Below, piece by piece: positions 31,326-43,714 of a stretch of DNA of 64,000 bases. Numbering within the stretch: position 1 is the first letter of the stretch; each line of letters opens with the position of its first letter. Location of the stretch: the NCBI RefSeq assembly GCF_036321535.1, contig NC_087472.1, positions 102,116,001 to 102,180,000 of the forward strand, in the 5' to 3' direction. The notes beneath the pieces are model-generated. The model ran no database searches and was not told where the DNA came from. It saw nothing but the letters and a program-made list of their open reading frames with translations. The stretch is from Camelus dromedarius (Eukaryota). A program made the translations under genes and the position numbers.

Positions 31326-32339
31326 GGAGGGAAAGATGGCAGGCAGACAAGCAACCTGGAAAAAGATTCTCTTATCTTGAAACTGTCTCTTTTCCATCAT
31401 GAATTTTTAAAATATGACATATAGTCAAACCAACTTTTAGTCTTTTCTTTTGTATATATTTTTACTGAAGTATATAGTCTTAAACATTTCAAAATGAGTT
31501 TGTGGTAACAACTACTTGACATCAAAGTTTCTTAATCACTCCACAGCTTTTTGCAATCTGTATTAACCCTACCACTCCAATAGACTACTGTAAGATTTCC
31601 TAGGAGCATAGTTTATGAACTCCTTTTCACTAGTCTCCATTCTTTTTGGTCAGTCAGCCAACTTTAGACTCTCAGTCTCCACTTATTCCTAAAATACACT
31701 CCTCCCTGGGCATGCCAGGCCATGGTACTGTGTCCCTTATTGAATTCATGTATTCTAATGGCTTCAGGTCCAGTTGTCAAGACAAAGGAATTTAGTGTTT
31801 ACCTAGAAGGTCCTGAAGGTTTTTGAGTAGGGAGGTGACAACATAGTTGTGCTCAAGAAAATGAATCCTGTTGTTCTATGAAGGAAAGAACGAAGCAAGC
31901 AAACCAGAATGGAAATACTTTAGTAGCCTCCCAGGCAACTGGTAATAAGAAATGAACTAAGGCAAATATCAAAGAAGGATCATCAGAATTTGACTCTCAA
32001 AATCATATCCATTCTTCAAAGGTCAGCTAAGCACATCCACAGATCGTCTCATTAGAAACCACCCAGACTCAGCACCCTTCTCACATGTAACTGTAATACT
32101 GATTTGGCAGAACATGAGGCCATATTCATATTCCTTTTGAAATTCCCCACAGTACCAAGTACACAGTTAAGTGCTAAGTAAATACTGGTTAAATGATTAA
32201 GACACTTACCCTAGTCACCATTACTGAAGTCTACTTCAGTTTTCTTATAATTCTATAAACTAAAATGCATATAAAGAATTTAATGATATACTGAGAATTA
32301 AACTATTTTATGGTACTCTTCAGCTCACGAGCTTTATAT

Positions 32340-33270
32340 GGTCATAAGCAGAATGTCCAACAACAGGAAAATGGCTAAATAAACCGTGGTCCAAATTAAT
32401 AAAGGTAAAAGAAATAAAATAGAGTTACCACCATTTTGCGACTACCAATGAAGTCATAGATGTAAGCAGTGGTTTACTAGAAACAACTTGTATCAACTTG
32501 TGAGAGCCAACTGTGCAGATCTGTTCCAACCCCACATCCAGTGACACATCAGTAAGAGTGAAACTGGCCATGGCAGGAATGTCTGTACCACAAAAATTGA
32601 CAATGGCCAGCTGTTAAACATTTACAAACACACCACTAGATGTAGGCAATGATGAGGAATACCCATTAAATCCTTATTTGAAAGGCTGTTGGGGATCTTT
32701 GTCATAATGGATGAATCAGGTGAATACTATGTGAACCCAATGATCAATAAAACATGACAAAAACAAAGACATCAGACATTAGATACATCCTAATGTGACG
32801 CAGTAGGAAGTACACATCATCACCAGGAAGTATTCTTGCCAAAAATAGAATCTGATTCTAATCAAGTCTAGATCTACCTACTGTTTATAGGAAATACAGC
32901 AGATGGAAGAACAGAGAACAAGCCAAATACAGAACAAGGAAATATCTACAGGATGGATGATTTTCTTATGAATGAGTGAATAGCAAGAGAGGAGTTGAAG
33001 ATGGACCCTATCAATTAAAAGAAACTTAAAGATGTCAAAACAAGTACACTGTGCATGCAGCCCTTGTTTGGATCCTGATTGAAACAAGACACTATAAAAA
33101 GATATTCTTGAGGCAATTCAGGGACCCTAAACACTGACTAGATATTACATAACAGTAAAGGATCACTGCTAATTTTGTTACACATGATAAAGGCTTATTC
33201 ATTTGTTTTAAAAAGGACTTAACTTTTAGAGATACCTATGAAGTATTTATGTATGAAATTACAGATGAGA
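32340..33270 (+). mobile_element. Old L1 (L1MC-like) 3'UTR remnant
   Basis: aatgtccaacaacaggaaaatggctaaataaac and ccttgtttggatcctgattgaaacaa motifs. Confidence 0.65.
32467..32638. mobile_element. MER63-like hAT DNA transposon
   Basis: termini cagtggt...accacta; 8-bp TSD gatgtaag (32459-32466) and gatgtagg (32639-32646). Confidence 0.75.
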
Positions 33271-34184
33271 TTATGCACCAAAGCTCTTAGCAAGTATAAT
33301 CAAGCATTCAGAGAGCCAAGGGCAGGTGTAAAACTGGATAGTGGATCTAAAAGATGTAATGCGTCCAACAGCAAAATCAGCTGTACCCTCACCTCGGCAA
33401 GCCTTTGTAATCCTTCTTCAGGTTTTTCTTCTCTACAGATACAAATTATACACTATGCTACTAGAGAAACTTTCACATAACTTACTAGAAAAGAAGAAAC
33501 CCCTATAAATAGATAAAGGAATAGGAATAGGCAAAAGGAAGCCAAAGACAGACAATACACTGCAACCACAGCTTCCAAAGGCTGAGATTGGCCTCAATCT
33601 GGATGAACACGTGAATACTGGCACAGAAAAACTTGAACTATGCAGACTGTATTTTTACCTCCAAAAATGTTGATCTAGCCCAACAACCCACACACATAAA
33701 CTTCTCTATGTTTAAATGAACTTCTAGACTTCAAATCTCCTGACAAAGTGACACTATACTGTAGCCAACACCTCTTGTCGATCAACTACTGAGAAGCCCA
33801 AAGGGAAACCTCAACACTCTGTCACTATGAGTTCTGAGTGTGTCACTTCTAACGATAGACCCCCTCCACAAACAAGATCAGGCCTAAAAGCAAGAATTCA
33901 AGTCTAGAAAATTAGAAGGGATTTCCTGGCCCTTCAAACCAACTGTACTAGCAGCCAACTGCCCAGATGAGTCCAGATCTTCAGCTGGTTGGCGAAACAA
34001 GGCGAAGCCTGTGACCAACAGGAATAACAGCATTCTGCCTTCTATCCTGTCTTTAAGAACTCAATCTGCGGCAGAGGCAGCTGAATAGAGACACGCCTAG
34101 AAAATATCTGGCCAGGCAGACAACTTGGGAGAGGCAAGTAGGGTAGAGAGAAGAGAAGAAGAGAAATACTTGCCCCTTCTTGAG

Positions 34185-34420
34185 GCAGCAGAGTGTGGGC
34201 TCCAGCACTCGAATGCATGAGTTTAAGCCCTAGCTCACCACCAACTAGCTCCATGACCTTGGTCAAATGAACTTCTGTACCTCAGTTTCCGCACCTCTAA
34301 AATAAAGATAAAACAGCATCTACCTCATCAGGATTGTTGTGAGGATAAGAGATAATGCATATAAAGTGCTTTCAATGTGACCTTTGTACAAAGTAAGCCT
34401 CGAATTCTTATCAGCCATGA
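34185..34420 (+). mobile_element. MIR SINE
   Basis: actagctccatgaccttggtcaaatgaacttctgtacctcagtttcc...ggattgttgtgaggat. Confidence 0.8.
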
Positions 34421-34870
34421 TCACTATTACACCAGTGTGAGTTAATGGAGTAGAGAGCCCGGAAACAACTCTTGAAAATATGGCAACTGCTTAGAACACA
34501 GTGGACAATGCATATTGATGGGTAAAGAATACACTATTCAATAAATGGGGCTAGATCACTGGGTTTCACATATGAGAGAAAAAGTAAAACTGAATACAAG
34601 CATTCAGTAATGATTCTTTCAATGTTTCCTAAACATCAAAAAGTATTTCCTCCTTGATTTGTGGGCAGCTGTAGGATTAGTTAAGCAACGAGAAGTCCAA
34701 TAATGAGTATGTTCCCTATCTCATTATCTAAGTTAAGGATATGTCCAGACAACTAACAGACAAGTTCAAAAAAGTTATAGGATATAAGATCAATAGGCAA
34801 AATCCAATTATATTTCTATCCACTAGCAATGAAGAATTCAAAAATGAAAATAAGAAAACAATTCCCTTTA

Positions 34871-35557
34871 TGCTGGTGGGAATGCAGTTTGGTGCAGCCA
34901 CTGTGGAAAACAGTATGGAGATTCCTCAAAAGACTAGGAATAGACTTACCATATGACCCAGGAATCCCGCTCCTGGGCATATATCCAGAAGGAACCCTAC
35001 TTCAAAATGACACCTGCACCCCAATGTTCATAGCAGCACTATTTACAATAGCCAAGACATGGAAACAGCCTAAATGTCCATCAACAGATGACTGGATAAA
35101 GAAGTAGTATATTTATACAATGGAATACTGTTCAGCCATAAAAACCGACAACATAACGCCATTTGCAGCAACATGGATGTTCCTGGAGAATGTCATTCTA
35201 AGTGAAGTAAGCCAGAAAGAGAAAGAAAAATACCATAAGAGATCACTCATATGCAGAATCTAAAAAAAAAAAAAAAAAAAAAACAGAAACAAGACTCATA
35301 GACATAGAATACAAACTAGTGGTTGCCGGGGGACGGTGGGTGCGAAGGGACTGGGATTTCAAAATGTAGAGTAGATAAACAAGATTGTACTGTGTAGCAC
35401 AGGGAAATATATACAGGATCTTGTGGTGGCTCACAGCAAAAGAGAATGTGACAATGAATGCACGTATGTTCATGCATAACTGAACAATTGTGGTCTACAC
35501 TGGAATTTGACACAACATTGTAAAATGACTATAACTCAATAAAAAAAGTTTTAAAAA
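34871..35557 (+). mobile_element. Young 5'-truncated L1 (camelid-type 3'UTR)
   Basis: perfect 19-bp TSD aagaaaacaattcccttta at 34852-34870 and 35558-35576; near-intact ORF2 C-terminus [16 protein letters not shown]...PKCPSTDDWIKK. Confidence 0.95.
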
Positions 35558-35597
35558 AAGAAAACAATTCCCTTTAGGATAAAATCAAAATAAAATA

Positions 35598-35915
35598 TAG
35601 TCATTCCTCAGTATGCATGGGGGATTGGGTCTAGGACTCCCCATGGATACAAAAATCTGAGAATGCTGAAGTCCTTTATATAAAACGATGTAGTATTTGC
35701 ATATAACCTACACACATCCTCCCATATACTTTAACTCAGCTTTAGATTACTTGTAATACCTCATACAAGGTAAATGATACATGAATAGCTGCTGGCACAC
35801 AGCAAAGTCAAGTTTTGCTTTCTGGAACTTTGTGGAATTTTTTTCCTCCTAATATTTTCAATTCACAATTGGTTGAATCAGTGGATGCAGAACCTGAGGA
35901 TACAGGGGGCTATCT
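35598..35915. mobile_element. MER2-like TcMar-Tigger MITE
   Basis: gtcattcctcagtatgcatgggggattgg...gtggatgcagaacctgaggatacagggggc; similar to 56508-56785. Confidence 0.8.
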
Positions 35916-36044
35916 ATACTTAAGAATTTGAAGAAGTACAAAATTTGTGTGTTAAAAATGACAAAACATTGTTGAATGAAACTAAATACTTAAATAAATG
36001 GAAATACATCCTTCCATTAAGACTGGAAGAGTTAATATTGTTAA

Positions 36045-36121
36045 AATGAAAAATATCATGTTATATACCATAAATATATACAACTTTTATTTGTCAATTA
36101 GCCTCAATAAAGTTGGGGGAA
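36045..36121 (+). mobile_element. Tiny L1 3' tip nested in L1
   Basis: ttttatttgtcaattagcctcaataaag; TSD aatattgttaa at 36034-36044 and 36122-36132. Confidence 0.7.
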
Positions 36122-39100
36122 AATATTGTTAAGACAGCAACACTATTTTTTAAAAAAAGAGCAATACTAACCAAACCGATTCACAGATTTAATGCAATCC
36201 CTAGCAAAATCCCAACTGGCTTTTTTTTTTTAACAGAAATTGATGAGCTGATCCTAAATTTCATATGAAAATACAAGGGACCCAGAAAAACCAAAACAAT
36301 ATTGAAAAAGAAGAATAAAGTAGGTAGACATACACTTTCCAATTTCAAAATTTATGACAGTTCTGCAATAATCAAGACAGTATGGTACTGGCCTAAGGAC
36401 AGACATAGAGATCAATGAGAAAGAAATGAGAGTCCAGAAATAAACCTTTGTGTTTATGGTCAACTGGAAAATTGAATGGGGAATTAATCATTTTCTTAAC
36501 AAATGGTACTGGGACAACTGGACTGCCACATTCAAAAAAATTAATTCTGAACCCCTATCTCACACCATATACAAAAATCAACTCAAAATGGATCACAGAC
36601 CTAAATGTAAGAGCTAAAAAGATAAAACTCTTAAAAGAGGAGTAAATTTTTATGTCCTAGGCAATGCCTTCTTATATATGACACCAAAAATCATTAAGTG
36701 ACAAAAGAAAAACAGAAAAACTAGCCTTCATTAAAATTAAGAACTTTCGCACTTCAAGGGACACGACTGAAAAGGTTGAAAGGACAACTCACAAAATGAG
36801 AGAAAATATTTACAAATCATATATCTGAAGAGAGAGGTATATCCAGAATATAGAAAGAACCCTTACAACTCAACAAAAAAGACAAATAACCCAATTTAAA
36901 AATGGGCAAAGATTTTGAATAGACATTTCTCCAAAGATGACATAAATGTGGCCAATAAGCACATGAAAAGATGTTCAACATCATTAGTCATTAGAAAATG
37001 CAAATGAAAACCAAGATAAGATACCACTTCATACCTACTAGGATGGCTAAAATAAAAAGGACAGACAATAACAAGCGTTACAAAGATATGAAGAAAATGC
37101 AATCCTCATATATAACTAGTGAGATGGTAAACTGGTGCAGCTGCTTTGGACAATAGTTCAGTAATTCATCAAAATGCTCAACAAAGAGTTAACACATAGC
37201 TCAGAAATTCCATTCCCACATACATGCCCAAGAAAAAGAAAAACATACGTTTACACAATAATTTGTACATGAATGTTCATAGCTTTATTATTTATAATAG
37301 TCAAAAGGTGGAAATAACCAAAATGTCCATCAACTGATAAATGGCTAAATAAATGGCCATATCTGTACAACATAGTATTATTCATCCATAAAAGGAATGA
37401 CATGCTGATTCATGCTACAACATGGATAAATCTTGCAAACATTATGCTAAGTGAAAGAAGTCTGTCACAAAAGAACATACATTGTATGATTCCATTAATA
37501 TGAAATGTCCAGAACAGGCAAATTCATAGAAACAGAAAGTAGGTTACTGGTTGCTCAAAGCTGAGGGGAGAGAAAAATGGGATGGAGAATGACTGCTAAC
37601 AGGTGTGGGGTTTCTTTTGGGGATGATGAAAATGTTGTCAAATTGGATAATGCTGGTGGTTGTACAATACTATGAATATACTTCTGAATCGTATACTTTA
37701 AAAGGATGAATTTCATACAATTTGGATTATATCTCAATAAAGCTTTCATTTAAAAAAAAAAACTGCCCAGAATGCCAAACTGAACTCTTGGCTGGCTATG
37801 TACTGCAAACCCAAAGTTTGGATATGGGGCAAGAATCCCATAATTCTACACGATTTTACAATCCTGTAAGATTTTAAAAGGGAACAAGTACCTCTCACAG
37901 CAATGATACAATAAGGAAATCTGTAAGGTCAAAGGCATCTGTGTGGCCAAATTCATCCTTTAGAAAACTTGAAAGGTAAATTTTGTCTTGAGAACATCTC
38001 TTATTCCCAAAGGGCTTAACTTTTCTCATATTGCAGAAAGAAAGATTCATCTGTAGAAAACACAGGACAGGCTGTTCTCACCTCAGCATTGAATAAACAT
38101 ACCCTCCACCGTCGCTGCCTCCCAAGTTAAGACAGAGCCCTCATCACTACCCCTGGGCCATCCTATGTCTCACAATGGAGACTACAAGAAGTCTTCTAAA
38201 ACTATTCCTCAGTGTTGGAGGAGCACTGAAGAGGAATTCAAAAAACGTATCAGAGTATCATAGTCTGAAAGAATGCTCTGGAGTGCTTCTGTCATCTCAG
38301 CTGCATTCTAGGAGGTAGGTGGCAGCAGACTTGTCATAAAAATATCCTGAATACAGAATGGTAGGCAAGTCTGAAACAGAAAAACTTAGCGGGGAAGGCC
38401 AGCTCTGGTACTCTCAGTTACCATCTGATCACTGCAGCTATAGGGTGAAAAGTAAATTTTTTGTGCTCGGTAGTATCTGTACATGAGACAAGATTAAAAA
38501 GATACAAACGGATATTCAATGAAAAGTAAGTTTCTCTCTTACTCGTGGTCCCTAGTCATCCTACTCTCTTCCCCAGAGGCAATCACTGTCACCACTTTCT
38601 TAAGTGTCCTTCCAGAAACTGTCTACACAATTCAGAACATACATACCCTGCACCATGCCTTTTTGACTTATCTGAGATAAGCTCTCCATTTAGTACACAT
38701 ACCTTAATCTTTTTAACAGCTTCAGAAGATTCCATGATATGGATGTACCATAATTTCTTCACCATGGAGTATACTTCTATTATCAGTATGTCTGAAGCAG
38801 AGACAGAACACTAGCTACCCATGGGCAGATACCACCCATGGATGTATTTTGTTTGGCCATCACAATGGTTTTAATATGTGGATCTCAAAGTATTTGGCCA
38901 TATGGGATGTGGTGGAAAGAGCTGTCCACCAACATCCACTCTCCTCTCTTACAGTAAGCGGGGTGTCACTGGGAAATGGCTGGCCTGCCAGAGACTTCAA
39001 TTCCAGCTACCTGGCAGCAAGCTCTATCCATGGACTAGGTTTCCCCAGTTAGATCTGCGTGGAAATGATGAGGGCTCCTGGTCTGAAGCTTCAAAGGGAT

Positions 39101-40549
39101 GACTATGTCTCCTCCAGACGACCTCTGCCCCTTCAGCCAGGTGATGCTCCACTACTGGAACAGGGCTGTTGGAGCAGAGGCAGACTGCGGTGGCTGGCCA
39201 ACACTTACGGAGACCTCAGGCTGCAAACCTTAGGCGTGGCTTTGGGGGAGGCAGGACAGTGTCAACAGTGGGAGGAGGAGAGTTCCCACCCCCACACAGT
39301 GAAACAGAAGAAACCCTTTTATGAGGGGAGAAAAAAAACCTCATCAAAACAACTGTTTCAGTGAGGAAAAAGAGGTGAGGATGTAAAAAATATCACCTTT
39401 ACTGTGTGATTTTTCTTACAGGAATTTCAGTAACAAAATATGTTTTGTGGCTCTACGTATAGAGCTATAGAATCTAAACATCACAAGTCCCAGGTTTCAC
39501 TGCCTCTAGACTTTGTATGCTTGCGTCATCACAACCTTAGACTTCAAACACAGCAGCTGTGTGCAACTGCGAGACAACACGACTTGGCTCAGCAATGACA
39601 AAGGCGCTCTCCCTTTTACACACAGCCATCCTATTAGGACAACTTCGCCCTGTGAAAACACACGCTTTAGGTGTAATGCCAGCAACCACTTAGCTAGAGC
39701 CCTGAGACAGTCCAGACCCCTCTAAGTCACATGTTCACACCCTCTCTGCAGATAGCAAAGTTAAAGCCAGTTGTCCCACACTGCAAGAGCTGGCCTCAGT
39801 CATTTTTTGTAGATTTACATCTTAAATCAGCCCTTTCTTATTCCTCCCCATATCATGTTACCTATCACCATAAATTTGAAGGTATTAATACCACCCACTT
39901 CTGAGCTATTCCTTCCTTCCAAAGAGTCCTCTGAATCCTATCAGAATCCCACACCGAGTCTGCGGGCTCTCCTCCCCTCAGTCTCTACAGGTTCTTAGGG
40001 TATCTGCTTCTCCCTTTGCGTAAATACCATCACTCCTGTGTAACAACCATGTCACCTTTTTCTTCATTTCCCTCTTTCATCTTGCTTCTTGGCATCTTCT
40101 GTCCATCCTATTTCTTCTCTATGCTATCACTCCACTTCAGGTTACTCTGACTCAGTAACTTAGCCTCATTCACTCTGTTTTTCACAATCCTGTGGTCTTC
40201 ATTTTTAAAAACACTGGCTTCATTTTATCTTTCCCTTTTAACTCAAGTTCTCATCTCGTTTCATCACATATCATCTTCCCCTCTTTTTTTTTAACCTTTC
40301 CTTATTCTTCTATTGTTATAAACAGAGTGGCCTCAGTAGAGTCTGTCTGAAGTGATAAAGCTGGCCAAAAGATAGGGTACTAGGGCCTGGAAGAACATGG
40401 ACCTTGTGAAGGAATAGGTTAGGTTAGCTTCCCCAGGCCACCCTCACATTCCTAAGTGCTTGAGATAAGACAGGTCCAGAATCTCAGAGGAAAAGTGAGG
40501 CGGAGACAAGCAGCCCCAGTGGTTAGGCAAAGAGATGCATCAACAGATG

Positions 40550-40930
40550 CTGGGTGTGCCTCCTCGCGGGCAATTTACAAAAGAAGAAATAGTAATATCC
40601 AATAATGATATGAAAGGACAGTTAGGCTCAGTAAGAATCATGGAAATGCAAACATCTGTCTATCAGACAGATACTGATTAAAAAGATGAACGTTAGCCAG
40701 TGCTGGTGAGGGCGTGAGGAAACACTCTCAGATGATGCTAGCGGTAGGGTGAGTTGACAGGTACCAGTTTCCTACATTACAGTTTGGCAACATCTGTCCA
40801 CACTTGAAACACGTATGACCTTTGACTCAGCACCTCTGACCTCTAGGATTCGGTCCAAGAAAATAAGTAGGTGAGGAAACAAAGATACGGATACGAAGTC
40901 ATTAATAGCCTCTGCCTTGTTTATAACATG
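40550..40930 (+). mobile_element. Very old L1 (L1ME-like) fragment
   Basis: degenerate ORF2 3' motifs (ggaaatgcaaa, cagtttggca, acctttgactcagca). Confidence 0.55.
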
Positions 40931-40934
40931 AGGA

Positions 40935-41140
40935 CAAAGTGAGCCTGGAGGGGAGCCTGGGAAAGAGAGGTCCAGGCCTGGGGGTGGGAGCAGGGGAGAG
41001 AGAGGGGAAAGCGGAGAGGAGGCCAGGAGAAAAGAGCAAGGAGAGCGCGCAGGATGGGAGAGGAGTGGATGAGGAAGGGAGAAGGAGAGGAAGACAGGGA
41101 GGCAAGGGACAGGGGTACAGGGAGGCAGGGGAGAGAAAAG
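40935..41140 (+). repeat. GA-rich low-complexity purine tract
   Basis: strongly G/A-biased tract that explains the overlapping Pro/Leu/Ser- and Gly/Glu/Arg-rich ORFs. Confidence 0.85.
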
Positions 41141-42084
41141 CCTCCCATAGGGCATGATCCATCACAGCACATCCAGATCGCTGTGGAGACACGACACAGC
41201 CGCTGGAAGACACGACACTGCAAGATGGTTAATTAAGAAGCTCGGGAGACGGCACAGCAAGCACAGAGTGACCCAGCTTACCTAGAGTAACACATAAAGA
41301 CAAGTGCTGCAGAGGGGTCACCACACGGTCACCATGGTGCTCTCTGGGTGCACTATTCTGATTGGTTTAGACCTGACCTCATGCTTTCCTACTTTGTCAG
41401 AATTTCAATAAGTAATCTCTAGCAATATGCAATACACTGAAATTCTACATAATTTAGACAGACCTTTGTACTTTCCTGTGAGAATTAACCCGGCTGGAAA
41501 CAAATTAAGTAGATGCAATGGTATGACCTGGTTTTCATGCTGCAGAAATGCTCTGTTCTCCATGTGATCAATTTAAACTCTCATTAAAATTTCATTTGTG
41601 TACACCTCTCCTGAAGAGACAATGGAATTCAGCTATGAATGCAGATGTCACCCACCCAGCTCTTCTTTGGCATTTATCAAACCAAATTACTTATCCTCTT
41701 GAAGTCATATCAAAGTTGGTGACGTAAAAAGAAGCCGTCTTAATTCAGGTTTTCCTGAAAGCAGCCCCTAAGGCAAGGACTTGGGACCAGGCATTTGATT
41801 TAGGTGTGGGGACAATACGACCGGGCAGGAGGGAAGCAAGCCAAGAAAGGATGTGTTCATGGAAGGGGGATGACAGGGCCAGCGGCTTGGTCCCTCAGCA
41901 AGCCCTCTCAGAATTGTGGGGAACAAATCACAGAATTGTTCCACTGGTGATGAAGGGCGTCAGGGGGCCTTGCTCAGACTCCTTTCCCTCATCAGTCTTC
42001 TGTGGGAATGAGTGCCCAGGGGCCAAACATGGTGCTATTTGGATTTCATTATTATCTCATCAACACCCTATAATTGTGGAGTCC

Positions 42085-42200
42085 TGACCCTGTTTTCCAG
42101 ATTAGGAATCTGGGATGCAGAAAAGATTAAGCAACTTGCTGAAAATCAAATAGTTAACAGGTAGCTGAGCTGGACTCGAAATCCAGTCTTGTCTCTTCCA
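42085..42200 (-). mobile_element. MIR SINE fragment
   Basis: gcagaaaagattaagcaacttgctgaaaatcaaatagttaacaggtagctgagctggactcgaaatccag. Confidence 0.65.
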
Positions 42201-43577
42201 CTCTATGACACAACGTCATAAAAGCCACAGCATGTCCATTTTCCAGCACAGCTGGCACTCACTCCTCTCAGGGAGAGACACAGCCTGAGAGACGCGTGCA
42301 CATTTCCAGCCTCTCTCCTAGCAAGGAAACCACATGGAGAGAGTTGCCCAAGATTGTTTTAATCTTCTTCCATCTACAGAAACATCTTCTAGGTCATAAT
42401 CCACTAGCCATGTGAAATTTTTATCGCATCATCATCCATGGCTACTCCCACTCCAAATACCAGTTACTATGAAATTATGCCAGAACTTGGATCAAAGTAT
42501 GGGGGGAAATTCAAGAAAAATTTTTATCTGATGAACTCATGGCAGAGAATCAAATTTCAGAGGGAGTTCCAGATTCTAGTATATTAAAAAACAATCTATA
42601 ACTTTACTGTGAGGAGAGTACTTTATTAGAACAAATAAAACAGACTGAGCTCTGCTGGGACACAGGGGTCATGCTAATGTGTGAGCCAAGGAGAGTCTTT
42701 TCTTGCTTTAGTAGAAAAGATAATAATCTGCAAATCACTAGCATCTGAGGTTGGCTTGATTTAAAATGCACCTAGATATAGAAAAAGTTCCAGGAAATCA
42801 CTGTATTTATAGCTTGCCTGCATTAGTCAGTGGAAAGGCTCTTGCTGCTCCCAAAATAATACTTGGGACGGCTCTGCATCCTCGCACTCTCACTAACATG
42901 AAGGCATGGCCCTCACCTGCTGTTCCGCAGGCTCCCCAGGAGGACGTCTCCTCTTCGAGGGGAGCAGACAGGCCCCTCCAGCCTTTCCACCTCCAGCCCA
43001 GCTGTGCAGCAGCTGGCTCAACAAAGTCCCAATCCCAGAAGCCCCAGCCTACCTGAAGGAGCCCTTGCCCTAGACACCCACACCAAATACCGAAGCATCA
43101 GTCAGATTTCAAAAGCAGAGCCCCTTAGCATTAAGCCCTACAGGACCCTCACTGGAAAGGTAAAATGCAGAAAACTGTGGCCAGGCATTGATCACCAAGA
43201 TCCTTCACAGAAACGGCATAAGCATCTGAGGAAGTGACAGATGGCAATCTTGTATACAAATTATCATGAGGCAGAGAACAAAACCGCGGCCACACGCTCA
43301 CTGGGCTGTCTGGGGTTGAAACATTTTCATCCTCTTGGTACAGAACTTCCTAAGTCTTGGTCCACAGCAAGTGTGGGCGAGGCTCCAGACACATGTGATA
43401 CCTATCTGCCTAGAAATGCCTTCCCTCCCAAGAACACCACAGCACTGTGGAGACCTTCCCAGGACAGGAAATGGCCAGGTCTGCTCGTTCTCTGGACTCA
43501 CAGAGGCCTCCGTGGCAGACACCCATCCACTGACTCCCACAGGAAAGGGAAGGGCTGGGGTGCAGAGGGCACTTCAC

Positions 43578-43714
43578 CTGGCACACTGGGCTGGAAGACT
43601 TTATTCAGATCCAAGGAGGAGGCTCTGGAATGGGTTTTCTGTGGCCGCGGTGGCGGGGTGGGAGGGTCCTCGCCCCTTTTCATGGCCTCTTCTATGGAGG
43701 TGCTAGAATAAGAT
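43578..43714 (-). CDS. REPS2: REPS2 coding exon (probably exon 13), proline-rich and 14-3-3 motif region
   Basis: ttttgctgcag|A TCT...CCA G|gtgaag, 137 nt; SYSSTSIEEAMKRGEDPPTPPPRPQKTHSRASSLDLNKVFQPSVP, seen inside ORF 43498..43761. Confidence 0.97.

Larger units (their letters stand above)
34745..37761 (+). mobile_element. Old L1 (L1MB-like) host with three nested insertions
   Basis: ORF2 remnants ([35 protein letters not shown]), 3'UTR and poly-A at about 37752-37762. Confidence 0.9.

Noticed and set aside
32210..32259. Possible 50-nt cryptic exon (ttttag|...AGG|gtaagt) containing an 8-bp hairpin
   Set aside because: Weak pyrimidine tract; not distinguishable from background pseudo-exons
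40772..41236. Cluster of overlapping ORFs on both strands
   Set aside because: Artefact of the stop-poor GA-rich low-complexity tract
43241..43711. 156-aa plus-strand ORF and the overlapping 123-aa ORF
   Set aside because: Antisense shadow of GC-rich exon 13 and its flank; no recognisable domain
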